Positions 18,076-25,378 of a stretch of DNA of 27,195 nucleotides are shown one piece after another; the first letter of the stretch is position 1; each line of letters begins with the position of its first letter. Source of the stretch: a virus. Its lineage: Duplodnaviria > Caudoviricetes. Both the position numbers and the translations under genes were made by a program. The stretch is from positions 1 through 27,195 of the IMG/VR virus record IMGVR_UViG_3300032330_001471; one strand, 5' to 3'. The notes beneath the pieces were generated by a model. It did no database searches and was not told the origin of the DNA. It worked only from the letters and a program-made list of their open reading frames with translations.

Positions 18076-18347
18076 AATATCCTGAATCTAGGAATGCATT
18101 GAATATCGATAATAATATCTGAGAGCAGACCTGAGACTTGACGTTTAGTCATGACTGGTGATGCGCGCATTCCTGCACTCTCGCAATCCATGGTAGCTTG
18201 AATAACTTCCTGTCTGCTCATCTGTTGAACTTGTGCCTCATAACGAAGTTGAACGATTGGCGCATTAATATTCATAGGAATACTTTGCGGTGGCGCTGAA
18301 CTGCATGCAGCAAGAAATACGGGTATTGCGATTATTACTTTTTTCAT
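18072..18347 (-). CDS. Putative lipoprotein
   Basis: MKK + hydrophobic core + LAAC lipobox; SD AAGGA. Confidence 0.65.
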   Translation of the reverse strand: MKKVIIAIPVFLAACSSAPPQSIPMNINAPIVQLRYEAQVQQMSRQEVIQATMDCESAGMRASPVMTKRQVSGLLSDIIIDIQCIPRFRIF

Positions 18348-18368
18348 GATTATTCCTTTTATGAAGGT

Positions 18369-18435
18369 GGGGTACTCGCTGCGTCTAGTTTGATCGGCAT
18401 GTGAAGTTCCGTCGCGCTAGCATCCGCTTTCCCCC
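18369..18435 (-). ncRNA. Candidate structured RNA element (extended hairpin with a loop-E/bulged-G motif)
   Basis: GC-rich intergenic sequence GGGGGAAAGCGGAUGCUAG...CUAGACGCAGCGAGUACCCC: closing G/C stem, GAA opposite AGUA, then GC/GC, UGC/GCA and UAG/CUA pairings. Confidence 0.5.
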
Positions 18436-18441
18436 GAAAAA

Positions 18442-18579
18442 TTATACCTGTTTACTTATATACTCGTCAGCAAGATCGCACGCGATTCTATAAACATACT
18501 TAGCATCGGTACAAGTTACGTTTCCGTTAGCAGCAAGAGCTGTCATAAACTGGAGTATCAATTCATTTCTGGTAGGCAT
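18442..18579 (-). CDS. Small hypothetical protein (45 aa; not in ORF track)
   Basis: Strong AAGGAG SD; MPTRNELILQFMTALAAN...ACDLADEY. Confidence 0.65.
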   Translation of the reverse strand: MPTRNELILQFMTALAANGNVTCTDAKYVYRIACDLADEYISKQV

Positions 18580-18588
18580 ATTTTCTCC

Positions 18589-19092
18589 TTAATCCCAAGG
18601 GTTCTTTTTCTTACCAGCTTTTTCCTCTTTAGCTTCTGGCTCATCATCTTCGATATCCATCAAAGATTTAGCTGGAGCTTTAGGTTTTGCTGGCGCACTG
18701 TCTGGAGAGTTGTATCCGACGATACGGTTCTTGTCCGCATAACCATCTTTACCCTTTTCAATATCCACAACAGCAGTGAACTTACGCTCTAAGAGCTCAT
18801 CAAAGCTATTAGCGTTAGGCTTGCCGCAAGCGCGTGCCCAAGCTGCAACTTGCTCACGACCGATCTTTTGAGCGGTAGCGCTAGCATTATGAATGTTGAA
18901 GTTATTCCAGATCTTACGACCAGTACCTTCACCAGAAGCAACTTCAAAAGTAGCAGCAATCATTTCACCACCACTCTTGGTTGTTTTCACTTCGGCTTCG
19001 GTGCATTTGAGAACATAGTCACCTTTAGGTAGTGGGCTGTAATCGCGTTGTTCTGACGCGTATTCGTTTAAGTCAAATCCAAATTTAGACAT
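18589..19092 (-). CDS. DUF669 family protein, putative single-stranded DNA-binding protein
   Basis: PLPKGDY...AE.K.TKSG.EM...FEV..G...GRKIW; charged tail ending PWD; directly downstream of the AAA_24 ATPase. Confidence 0.75.
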   Translation of the reverse strand: MSKFGFDLNEYASEQRDYSPLPKGDYVLKCTEAEVKTTKSGGEMIAATFEVASGEGTGRKIWNNFNIHNASATAQKIGREQVAAWARACGKPNANSFDELLERKFTAVVDIEKGKDGYADKNRIVGYNSPDSAPAKPKAPAKSLMDIEDDEPEAKEEKAGKKKNPWD

Positions 19093-19105
19093 AATATTTC
19101 CTTTA

Positions 19106-19843
19106 TTAAGATACGATTGGGATGTGTTTTGAGATTTCCTCGATATTCATGTCGAACGAGTCTGGGCATGCATAACGATTCTTCGCAATATACGCTGGGT
19201 TCTCAACTACGTGGAGTAGTCGCTCACCTGTCGTAATTCCACGGTTTACAGTGTTATTGAAGCCAACATCAGATTTCTTTACGATTACTTTGAAACCTGC
19301 GTAGGCGATCACATCACACCATTCTTGCAACAAAGCATTACAACGATTCGGCAACTTAGGCGAAAATCTGTCATAAGGTTCGGTTAGAGGGTTTTCATAA
19401 CGAACTACGTTAGCATGCGCGAGTAAAACAATGTTCATACCACGCTTACGACGTAACGCGTCAAGACCTTGAAGGATCTCACGGAATGCCTCAGCTACAA
19501 ACACTTGACCTTTGCCGTAGCCTAGATCTTTCGCGTCATGTGAGCCTTCAATATCTTTTACGATGAGCGGTTCAACGAGCCAGTCAACTGAGTCAATCAC
19601 CAGAGTTTTAAACTGATGCTCTTCTTTCAATAATGTTTTGATAGCTTCAACAACGTCACCGATTTCACCAGCACGAGGAAACGAAGTAACATCCAGAGAA
19701 TCCAAACCATCTTCAGTATTGATAAATACAGGATCAGGGAACTGAGAAGCGATTGTAGATTTACCGATGCCGTGGTTTCCGTAGATACAAAGTCGGGGAG
19801 GTAATTCTTGCTTGCCCTTAACAAGCGTCTTTATAAAACTCAT
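19106..19843 (-). CDS. AAA_24 / Sak4-like ATPase (single-strand annealing recombinase)
   Basis: Walker A IYGNHGIGKST, TEDG, Walker B TLVIDSVDW, GYGKG and AKNR. Confidence 0.85.
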   Translation of the reverse strand: MSFIKTLVKGKQELPPRLCIYGNHGIGKSTIASQFPDPVFINTEDGLDSLDVTSFPRAGEIGDVVEAIKTLLKEEHQFKTLVIDSVDWLVEPLIVKDIEGSHDAKDLGYGKGQVFVAEAFREILQGLDALRRKRGMNIVLLAHANVVRYENPLTEPYDRFSPKLPNRCNALLQEWCDVIAYAGFKVIVKKSDVGFNNTVNRGITTGERLLHVVENPAYIAKNRYACPDSFDMNIEEISKHIPIVS

Positions 19844-19856
19844 AGTATTTCCTTTA

Positions 19857-20225
19857 TTAAAAATTTAATGCGATTTCATTGTAACGAAATGTCCTTGAGT
19901 CAAATTGAAGAAGTCTCAACTCTTCTCCTGGACGGTTTTGCGCGATGACACCTACGCATACTGCTGCCAACTTCGGATCTCCAATGAGGCACAAATAATC
20001 GTTCTCTCGAAAATCCTTTAAAACATCTCTAGCATATTCTACCAAATCAATGTGGTCAACACTGACATCGGTAAAGACGTGCTCGATCGTTCCAAACCTT
20101 ACTGCGTCTTTGATAGTCTTATTCAGAGAGTTATCAACGACCCATACAACGGAATGATCGTCTTCCATATACACTCCTTCCTTTTCATTTGTAATGCCGA
20201 ATCCGAGCTGAATTTGCTTATTCAA
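19857..20225 (-). CDS. Conserved hypothetical phage protein (DYL..IGDP motif)
   Basis: Start is probably the TTG at 20225, which has the same AAAGGAAATA-NN-start leader as the next two genes. An alternative is ATG 20168 with GAAGGAG. Confidence 0.6.
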   Translation of the reverse strand: MNKQIQLGFGITNEKEGVYMEDDHSVVWVVDNSLNKTIKDAVRFGTIEHVFTDVSVDHIDLVEYARDVLKDFRENDYLCLIGDPKLAAVCVGVIAQNRPGEELRLLQFDSRTFRYNEIALNF

Positions 20226-20235
20226 ATTATTTCCT

Positions 20236-21996
20236 TTATAAATACTTACTAGCGCCAATGTCTTTGACAGTTTTTATTATAGCTTGAAAATACCAATCAA
20301 AGTTCAAATCTTGGGGAATATTTTTTGGCAAAGTCATGCATGCTTTTGCGCCATCAGTCTTAGCAACTTTGTTTCCGTTAGTAGCATAAACGATCGGAGG
20401 TAACTGCTCTGTGGTTTGATACCAACGAACCACTCTGCCCAAATACTGATCATCTTGAACTCCACCGCCAGTCACATTTCTAACACTGATGAAATCATTA
20501 AGCGAAGCACTCTTGAGAGTTTCCTCAAAAGAAGTTCCATTAGCCAGCCAATTAGCAACTGCCATAGAAACGACAGGCGCAGTTGGGTTCTTGCTTAATG
20601 TTGGTGCGCTGTAAATACCTTTTATTTTGACACTACGATCTCCTTTCACCGCGTAATAATTATTAACATCTTTCAGAGCTACACAACGATACGGAGTAGC
20701 TTCAAAAATAAATCCTGTTTTCTCGCTGAACTGCTTGATGATGTTGTCAACGACTGGTTGCCCATACTTACGATAATAGAGCATGATTCCGTCAGTATTC
20801 GCTGAGACGACTTCAATTTTATGATACTCAAGAATCTCAATTAAATTCAATAAAGTCAACTGTCCTGTCAAAGTAATGTTAATCATTACGTCTGGCGAGT
20901 AGAGCGGAGAGAACTTGTTCGCGGTCTTACCAAAAGTTCCGTTCAGAGCGATTCGTAATGAATCCGCGATGACCATATTCTTAGCGCGCTTGCCTTCCAA
21001 TCGTCTGTGGAATACTTTACGATACTCTTCAAGAAACTTTACTCCTGTGTTCATGGGTATGAGGTTTCCGTTAAGCATAATCGCAGGGTAATACGAAGCT
21101 ACATCATAATCAACTACGCAGAACTCATCGTCAGAGATATGACAAATCTTTCTGTCGTGCTGAGAATGAAGACCGCCTACACCCATCTGATAAACACCCT
21201 TCCCAATCTTAACGAGATCGTCCTTCAAGAAGTCTGGTAGATCAACGTGACCACTTTCCTTTACGTCAAACTGATGCGCTTCCATACGTGCTTTAAGGTC
21301 TCTCAGCTCAGGTGATCTGAACTCAATAAACTCAGGTGCTTTATATCTTACGAACGGAGGAATCTTAGGTTCTTTTCGCTTGAGACCCAGCTTCTTGACG
21401 AACATTTGTTCAGCTACTTGAGAGTCTGACTTAGAACGAGCGTCAAATCCATACTCTTTGCTGATTTCAACGCGCAACTGCAACTGACCTTGAAGGCGAT
21501 TATAGAGCTCTGCCGTAGTGTCTAAGTCGTTATGACAATATTTCAATACGATATCAAAGTCGTCATCCGCGATGATAGAGTCGTGATGAAATGGTAAGTC
21601 TTGAATGACAGGCATATTCATACGAGCGCCATATGTTTTCAAACTAACAAAACTGGGCGCGACTTCAATAATATCAATATGATCAACCATTGGAATTTTG
21701 AAACCATATTCTTTCTCCGCTTGCCACGGCATCAGGTTTTCCTGAATGATTTTATCGCCCAATGCTTTCGCTTCAAGCGTAGTCTTCCCTGTCATGAAAT
21801 ATGAGATGACTGGCATGTCGTATCGGTTTCCGTTGAAAGTAACGAAAGTATTATTTGACTTCATCAATTCTTTTAATCGTTCGCAAGCATCTTCCTGATG
21901 ACCCCAAATGTGAAAGCGGTCACCAGTCTCAAGAATCAATCCGCAGAGCAGAAACAGATTTTTAAACACTTCGGTATCGATTACGATTGTTTTCAT
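20236..21996 (-). CDS. polB: Family B DNA polymerase with 3'-5' exonuclease
   Basis: ExoI DTE, ExoII FNGNRYD, ExoIII YCHND; motif A DVASYYP, motif B RIALNGTFGK, motif C NTDG; DVNNY and KG. Confidence 0.9.
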   Translation of the reverse strand: MKTIVIDTEVFKNLFLLCGLILETGDRFHIWGHQEDACERLKELMKSNNTFVTFNGNRYDMPVISYFMTGKTTLEAKALGDKIIQENLMPWQAEKEYGFKIPMVDHIDIIEVAPSFVSLKTYGARMNMPVIQDLPFHHDSIIADDDFDIVLKYCHNDLDTTAELYNRLQGQLQLRVEISKEYGFDARSKSDSQVAEQMFVKKLGLKRKEPKIPPFVRYKAPEFIEFRSPELRDLKARMEAHQFDVKESGHVDLPDFLKDDLVKIGKGVYQMGVGGLHSQHDRKICHISDDEFCVVDYDVASYYPAIMLNGNLIPMNTGVKFLEEYRKVFHRRLEGKRAKNMVIADSLRIALNGTFGKTANKFSPLYSPDVMINITLTGQLTLLNLIEILEYHKIEVVSANTDGIMLYYRKYGQPVVDNIIKQFSEKTGFIFEATPYRCVALKDVNNYYAVKGDRSVKIKGIYSAPTLSKNPTAPVVSMAVANWLANGTSFEETLKSASLNDFISVRNVTGGGVQDDQYLGRVVRWYQTTEQLPPIVYATNGNKVAKTDGAKACMTLPKNIPQDLNFDWYFQAIIKTVKDIGASKYL

Positions 21997-22241
21997 TGAC
22001 TAACGTAGGCAGAGCTGGCATCTTCGCCAGAGTCTTGATTAGAATTGACGACCTCGATATATTTCTCAAGGAAATGCTGCGCTTTCAACAAGTCAGTGAT
22101 TCCGTTCTTATTTTTCCAACGCGTCACATATTTAGTGATTTGACCTTGAAAATAATCAAGATCATTCGCTACGACGTAATCCCAATGTTCTATCGTTGAT
22201 TTGTAATGATTGCCTGCTACTTGCTTTTCATTCGCTTTCAT
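21993..22241 (-). CDS. DUF3310 (SaV-like / T7 gp1.7-related) protein, possible nucleotide kinase
   Basis: QVAGNHYK, G..TKYV.RWK.KNG..DL.KA..FL. Confidence 0.8.
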   Translation of the reverse strand: MKANEKQVAGNHYKSTIEHWDYVVANDLDYFQGQITKYVTRWKNKNGITDLLKAQHFLEKYIEVVNSNQDSGEDASSAYVSQ

Positions 22242-22431
22242 TTGTGATCCTTTCTTCTTGCGCCTTTTTAAAAGCTATGACTGTTTCTAAATCCGCTATT
22301 TGATCTGCTTGATTTTTTATGACCCAAGCAGCAGTAGCCACATTTTCAGAGCCAGCAATCGCCTTGTCTTGCATATCGTTAAATAGCTTGTCAAGATCTT
22401 TTACAAATAATTCTATGTCAAAGTGTTTCAT
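22228..22431 (-). CDS. Hypothetical protein (67 aa)
   Basis: Start moved to ATG 22431, an ATGA overlap with the hydroxymethylase stop; SD AAGGG. Confidence 0.55.
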   Translation of the reverse strand: MKHFDIELFVKDLDKLFNDMQDKAIAGSENVATAAWVIKNQADQIADLETVIAFKKAQEERITNESE

Positions 22432-23402
22432 TTTGTATCCCTTCTCATGATCCATTGTTGAACTGCAATTTTCCAATCAGAAGCCATAATCTGATTCGCG
22501 TAGACTGCTCCGTTGCTAATTTTATTTCTGCGGTCATAACTTACTTGAGCCATTGGCTTCGCTACATATCTAAAGAACTCATTCTTATAGTCATAATCAG
22601 ATATAGGTGCTTCACAGAATACTTCGCATTCCTCTAAAAACCTTTCCCAATTTCCGTAGTAAAGATCGAGTGGCTCAACTGTGCCAGTAGAGTAGTAATC
22701 AAAATCTTCAGATGAAGTTGGTGGTTGCATCATAATCGGAATCGCATCATACAGCTTCGTGTAAAGATGAAGATTATTTGAAACAGTGTAGTAATTACCT
22801 ACAGGAATACCTAGAGCGATAGCAATGAACTCTTGAATAATTGAGAAGTGAACAGGGTTAGCACCGCAGTATCCCCACCAGAAATCATTTGAGCGATTCG
22901 TGATCATCATGTCAAGACGACCATTCACAATTGAGAACATTACAGAAGTATTGCACGCTTTGTCAAGAGTGCTCTTGTTGAAGTCAGCAGTGTCCCAGAG
23001 TTGCATCACAGCCTGACGAGAGTTCGGATTGAGCTCAAGATGTTCAATGATTGCTTTCAATTGATCAAAGCCAAACTGATGGCGTATCCTGTAACCATAC
23101 GGAGCATTGAATCGCTCTCCGTCATCGCTGAACTGACCGATCTTTGAATTGAACTGTTGTAAGAACGCTACGTCATTACGACCAGCGAGCATCCAAATAC
23201 TTTCCATCAGATGAAAGATTGGGTTAGCATCGCGCTTTCCGTAGAACAGAACACGCTCAATCGGATTTTGAATCTTAGTCAAGACTGGTTCATCAATGCG
23301 ATACGCTTCACCATTTCTAGTTTGAGTTAACGTACCACAAGTTTTGAATCGCCAGAGTCCTTCTACGAAGAGGTTATTTACGTTTATTGCGGTTATTTCC
23401 AT
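22428..23402 (-). CDS. Thymidylate synthase-family dUMP hydroxymethylase (5-hmdUMP synthase)
   Basis: SRQAV..LWD, catalytic Cys in DKACN, RSNDFWWG..GAN.VHFS (Asn at the position that specifies dUMP) and NNLHLY. Start moved to ATG 23402 (SD GGGAG). Next to hypermodification genes. Confidence 0.8.
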   Translation of the reverse strand: MEITAINVNNLFVEGLWRFKTCGTLTQTRNGEAYRIDEPVLTKIQNPIERVLFYGKRDANPIFHLMESIWMLAGRNDVAFLQQFNSKIGQFSDDGERFNAPYGYRIRHQFGFDQLKAIIEHLELNPNSRQAVMQLWDTADFNKSTLDKACNTSVMFSIVNGRLDMMITNRSNDFWWGYCGANPVHFSIIQEFIAIALGIPVGNYYTVSNNLHLYTKLYDAIPIMMQPPTSSEDFDYYSTGTVEPLDLYYGNWERFLEECEVFCEAPISDYDYKNEFFRYVAKPMAQVSYDRRNKISNGAVYANQIMASDWKIAVQQWIMRRDTK

Positions 23403-23403
23403 T

Positions 23404-24261
23404 TTAAAACTCCCACGTTGGTCTATAAGTCTGCTTAGGTTTTCCTTCATTGAATTTGACTCGCAGATATTTATCAAACTCACACATCACATTCTGAACA
23501 TCGTGAAGAGTTAAATCTTCAAACTCTTGATTAGATGAGATAATTTTTTCTCTAGCTTCAACCAATTCATCAGTGAACTGACTCTTCACGACTGACGCTT
23601 TCAAAGCTCTTTCATGAAGTCGATTGAGACCGCGTTGACTTCCTGGACCTTTGGGCGCGTAAGTATATAAATCTTTCGCGGTAAGTAATTGACCCATGAT
23701 ATATGTCAAATCAGCAGAGACTTGTCCAGCGATGAACGTCTTTATCCCAAAGCAAGTAGCCAGAGTGTCAGTAACGAGTTCAATAGAGTTCTGTTCTATT
23801 GCTTGACGAATGTTTTCAGCTTTTTCTGATAGAGGCGCGATGATATGCTTACTCATATTTTGAGATTTTGTTCCTTCGATACGAGTTGGATAAACTACGT
23901 ATGCGCTAGTGAACATTTTGATATTGCGCTCTTTGAGTTCCTCTAAACATTTGATGAAATAGTCAACGTCAAACTCTTCAACGCGGTGAGGTATTGCATC
24001 TTTCTCAAGAAGATATTTCAGAGTCGGTGGCCAATTTATCAAACGAGCAATCATGGACTTAAACCAAACATCACCAATATTGTTGGTATAGTAATGCTGA
24101 AGAAGCCAACGAGTAACGCGGTCATCTTTCCTACGAACATTACAAAAACGATATTTATTCAAAATCTCATTTTGAGTATATGGTTGGTGTCCCGCTTCTT
24201 TGTTCTTACGAATCAATTCGCGTTCATTCACGAACTCAATCAAATATTCATAGAGTGCCAT
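23404..24261 (-). CDS. aGPT-Pplase1 family / 5-hmdU DNA kinase helical-domain protein
   Basis: ERE.IR..K..G..P.T...IL..YRFCNVRR.DDRVT, R.INW, GPGS.RGL and QN..CEFDKY. Start moved to ATG 24261. Confidence 0.82.
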   Translation of the reverse strand: MALYEYLIEFVNERELIRKNKEAGHQPYTQNEILNKYRFCNVRRKDDRVTRWLLQHYYTNNIGDVWFKSMIARLINWPPTLKYLLEKDAIPHRVEEFDVDYFIKCLEELKERNIKMFTSAYVVYPTRIEGTKSQNMSKHIIAPLSEKAENIRQAIEQNSIELVTDTLATCFGIKTFIAGQVSADLTYIMGQLLTAKDLYTYAPKGPGSQRGLNRLHERALKASVVKSQFTDELVEAREKIISSNQEFEDLTLHDVQNVMCEFDKYLRVKFNEGKPKQTYRPTWEF

Positions 24262-24838
24262 TTTCAGCTTTCTTAAAGATGTCAAGAGTCTGATTGAATG
24301 CATCAGTATGATCAATGGTAACGACAGTGACACCGCCCATCTCGTGGAGGTTCTTGCACGCAGCATAAGTAGACTTGTGCGCGCTAATCGTATTTTCAGG
24401 ATTGAATGGTCGCTCGTCGCCTCTTTCTTTCCTGCGTGCAAGAACTCGGTCAAGACAAACCTCAAGCGGAGTGTCTAAATATGCTGCAACGTAAGCACCA
24501 GTCGGCTTCAACATTTGCGTAGTGATCGCATTGGGTCCAACTTTGCTTAACAATAATCCTTCTAACAAGACGTGCCCACGAGGATGAGCAGCAAGGGCGC
24601 GGTCTGCGATCTCTTCTTGCGTGCTGATGCCGTCAGTTCCACCGCAAGTGTTCTCGTAAGAGCCAATGACATATAGCTTCTCTTTGATACCTTCGCTTGA
24701 CAGGTCAACTTCGTATCCCCAATGTTTCTTTTTGTTTGGGTCAGGAAGAACCTTGACTGGGTAGTCAGTAATGAATTTGCGAGCGACAGTAGTCTTACCA
24801 GAGCCTGAAGTCCCACGTAGTGAAAGTATCGCGTTCAT
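24248..24838 (-). CDS. P-loop kinase, candidate 5-hmdU DNA kinase catalytic domain
   Basis: LRGTSGSGKTT Walker A, G.Y...CGGTD, EG, and LDTPLEVCL.RV..RR lid. Start moved to ATG 24838. Flanked by aGPT-Pplase genes. Confidence 0.75.
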   Translation of the reverse strand: MNAILSLRGTSGSGKTTVARKFITDYPVKVLPDPNKKKHWGYEVDLSSEGIKEKLYVIGSYENTCGGTDGISTQEEIADRALAAHPRGHVLLEGLLLSKVGPNAITTQMLKPTGAYVAAYLDTPLEVCLDRVLARRKERGDERPFNPENTISAHKSTYAACKNLHEMGGVTVVTIDHTDAFNQTLDIFKKAENGTL

Positions 24839-24865
24839 TTCTCTTGTGCCTTTCTTAGTATTGCT
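24835..24865. repeat. 31-bp direct repeat, copy 1
   Basis: tcatttctcttgtgcctttcttagtattgct; 29/31 identical to 25049-25079. Confidence 0.9.
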
Positions 24866-25052
24866 CTTGGGATTCATGGAAACCAAACTTATTCACCCAC
24901 ATTAAATTTCTTTCGTTGCAAGTTACTCGCACTTCACCTTGCGTATAAACCCAAATAGTCTTTGGCTTTAAAAATTCACGCAAATGTCTTGTTTGTTCTT
25001 TGCGATACAACTCTGTTTGCCTTAATTCTGCAAATGTTATTGTGTCTTTCAT
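24855..25052 (-). CDS. Hypothetical protein (65 aa) within the repeat-bounded cassette
   Basis: Its ATG lies in repeat copy 2 and its stop in repeat copy 1. Confidence 0.55.
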   Translation of the reverse strand: MKDTITFAELRQTELYRKEQTRHLREFLKPKTIWVYTQGEVRVTCNERNLMWVNKFGFHESQEQY

Positions 25053-25079
25053 TTATCTTGCGCCTTTCTTAGTATTGCT
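25049..25079. repeat. 31-bp direct repeat, copy 2
   Basis: tcatttatcttgcgcctttcttagtattgct; on the - strand it encodes AILRKAQDK-stop plus the next gene's ATG. Confidence 0.9.
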
Positions 25080-25378
25080 TTAGCAAATTCGATGAACCCA
25101 ACAGTTTTCATGCTGTGTCCGCAAGGAACTTCATCAATATATTCTTGATGTAATTCCCATATTTCCTCATCTGTTAGCTCTTTTATTGCTGGCACTTCTT
25201 GCCAAACTGGTTTGAAATTAGCCAATGGGTCATCTGTTGGTTCTTTTACTGGATGGGTATAGAGTGGTGTAGTAATGCCCATGTTATCCACTTTGTTTTC
25301 TGAAACACAATCCGCTAAATACAATGCCTCATCCTTAAACCTATCCAAGTTAATCCACGCTACTGGTTCATTGTTCAT
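25049..25378 (-). CDS. Hypothetical phage protein (EPVAW...PLYTHP...LTDEEI...FAKAI type)
   Basis: Recognisable mosaic small-ORF motifs; ATGA overlaps at both ends; SD GGAG. Confidence 0.7.
   Translation of the reverse strand: MNNEPVAWINLDRFKDEALYLADCVSENKVDNMGITTPLYTHPVKEPTDDPLANFKPVWQEVPAIKELTDEEIWELHQEYIDEVPCGHSMKTVGFIEFAKAILRKAQDK

Noticed and set aside
18369-18435. Intergenic hairpin as a tRNA, terminator or hammerhead ribozyme
   Set aside because: No cloverleaf or T-loop, no U-tract after the stem on either strand, and no CUGANGA core.
22428-23402. Ordinary ThyA or dCMP hydroxymethylase
   Set aside because: Asn at the specificity position argues against dCMP. The RSND..WG..GAN signature and the aGPT-Pplase neighbours favour dUMP hydroxymethylase over ThyA, though this is not proven.
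24262-24465. N-terminal extension of the 353-aa ORF (and similar extensions at 23483, 24886, 26744, 22476 and 10326)
   Set aside because: These overlap upstream genes extensively; internal ATGs give short overlaps or SD sites and start at the conserved domain.
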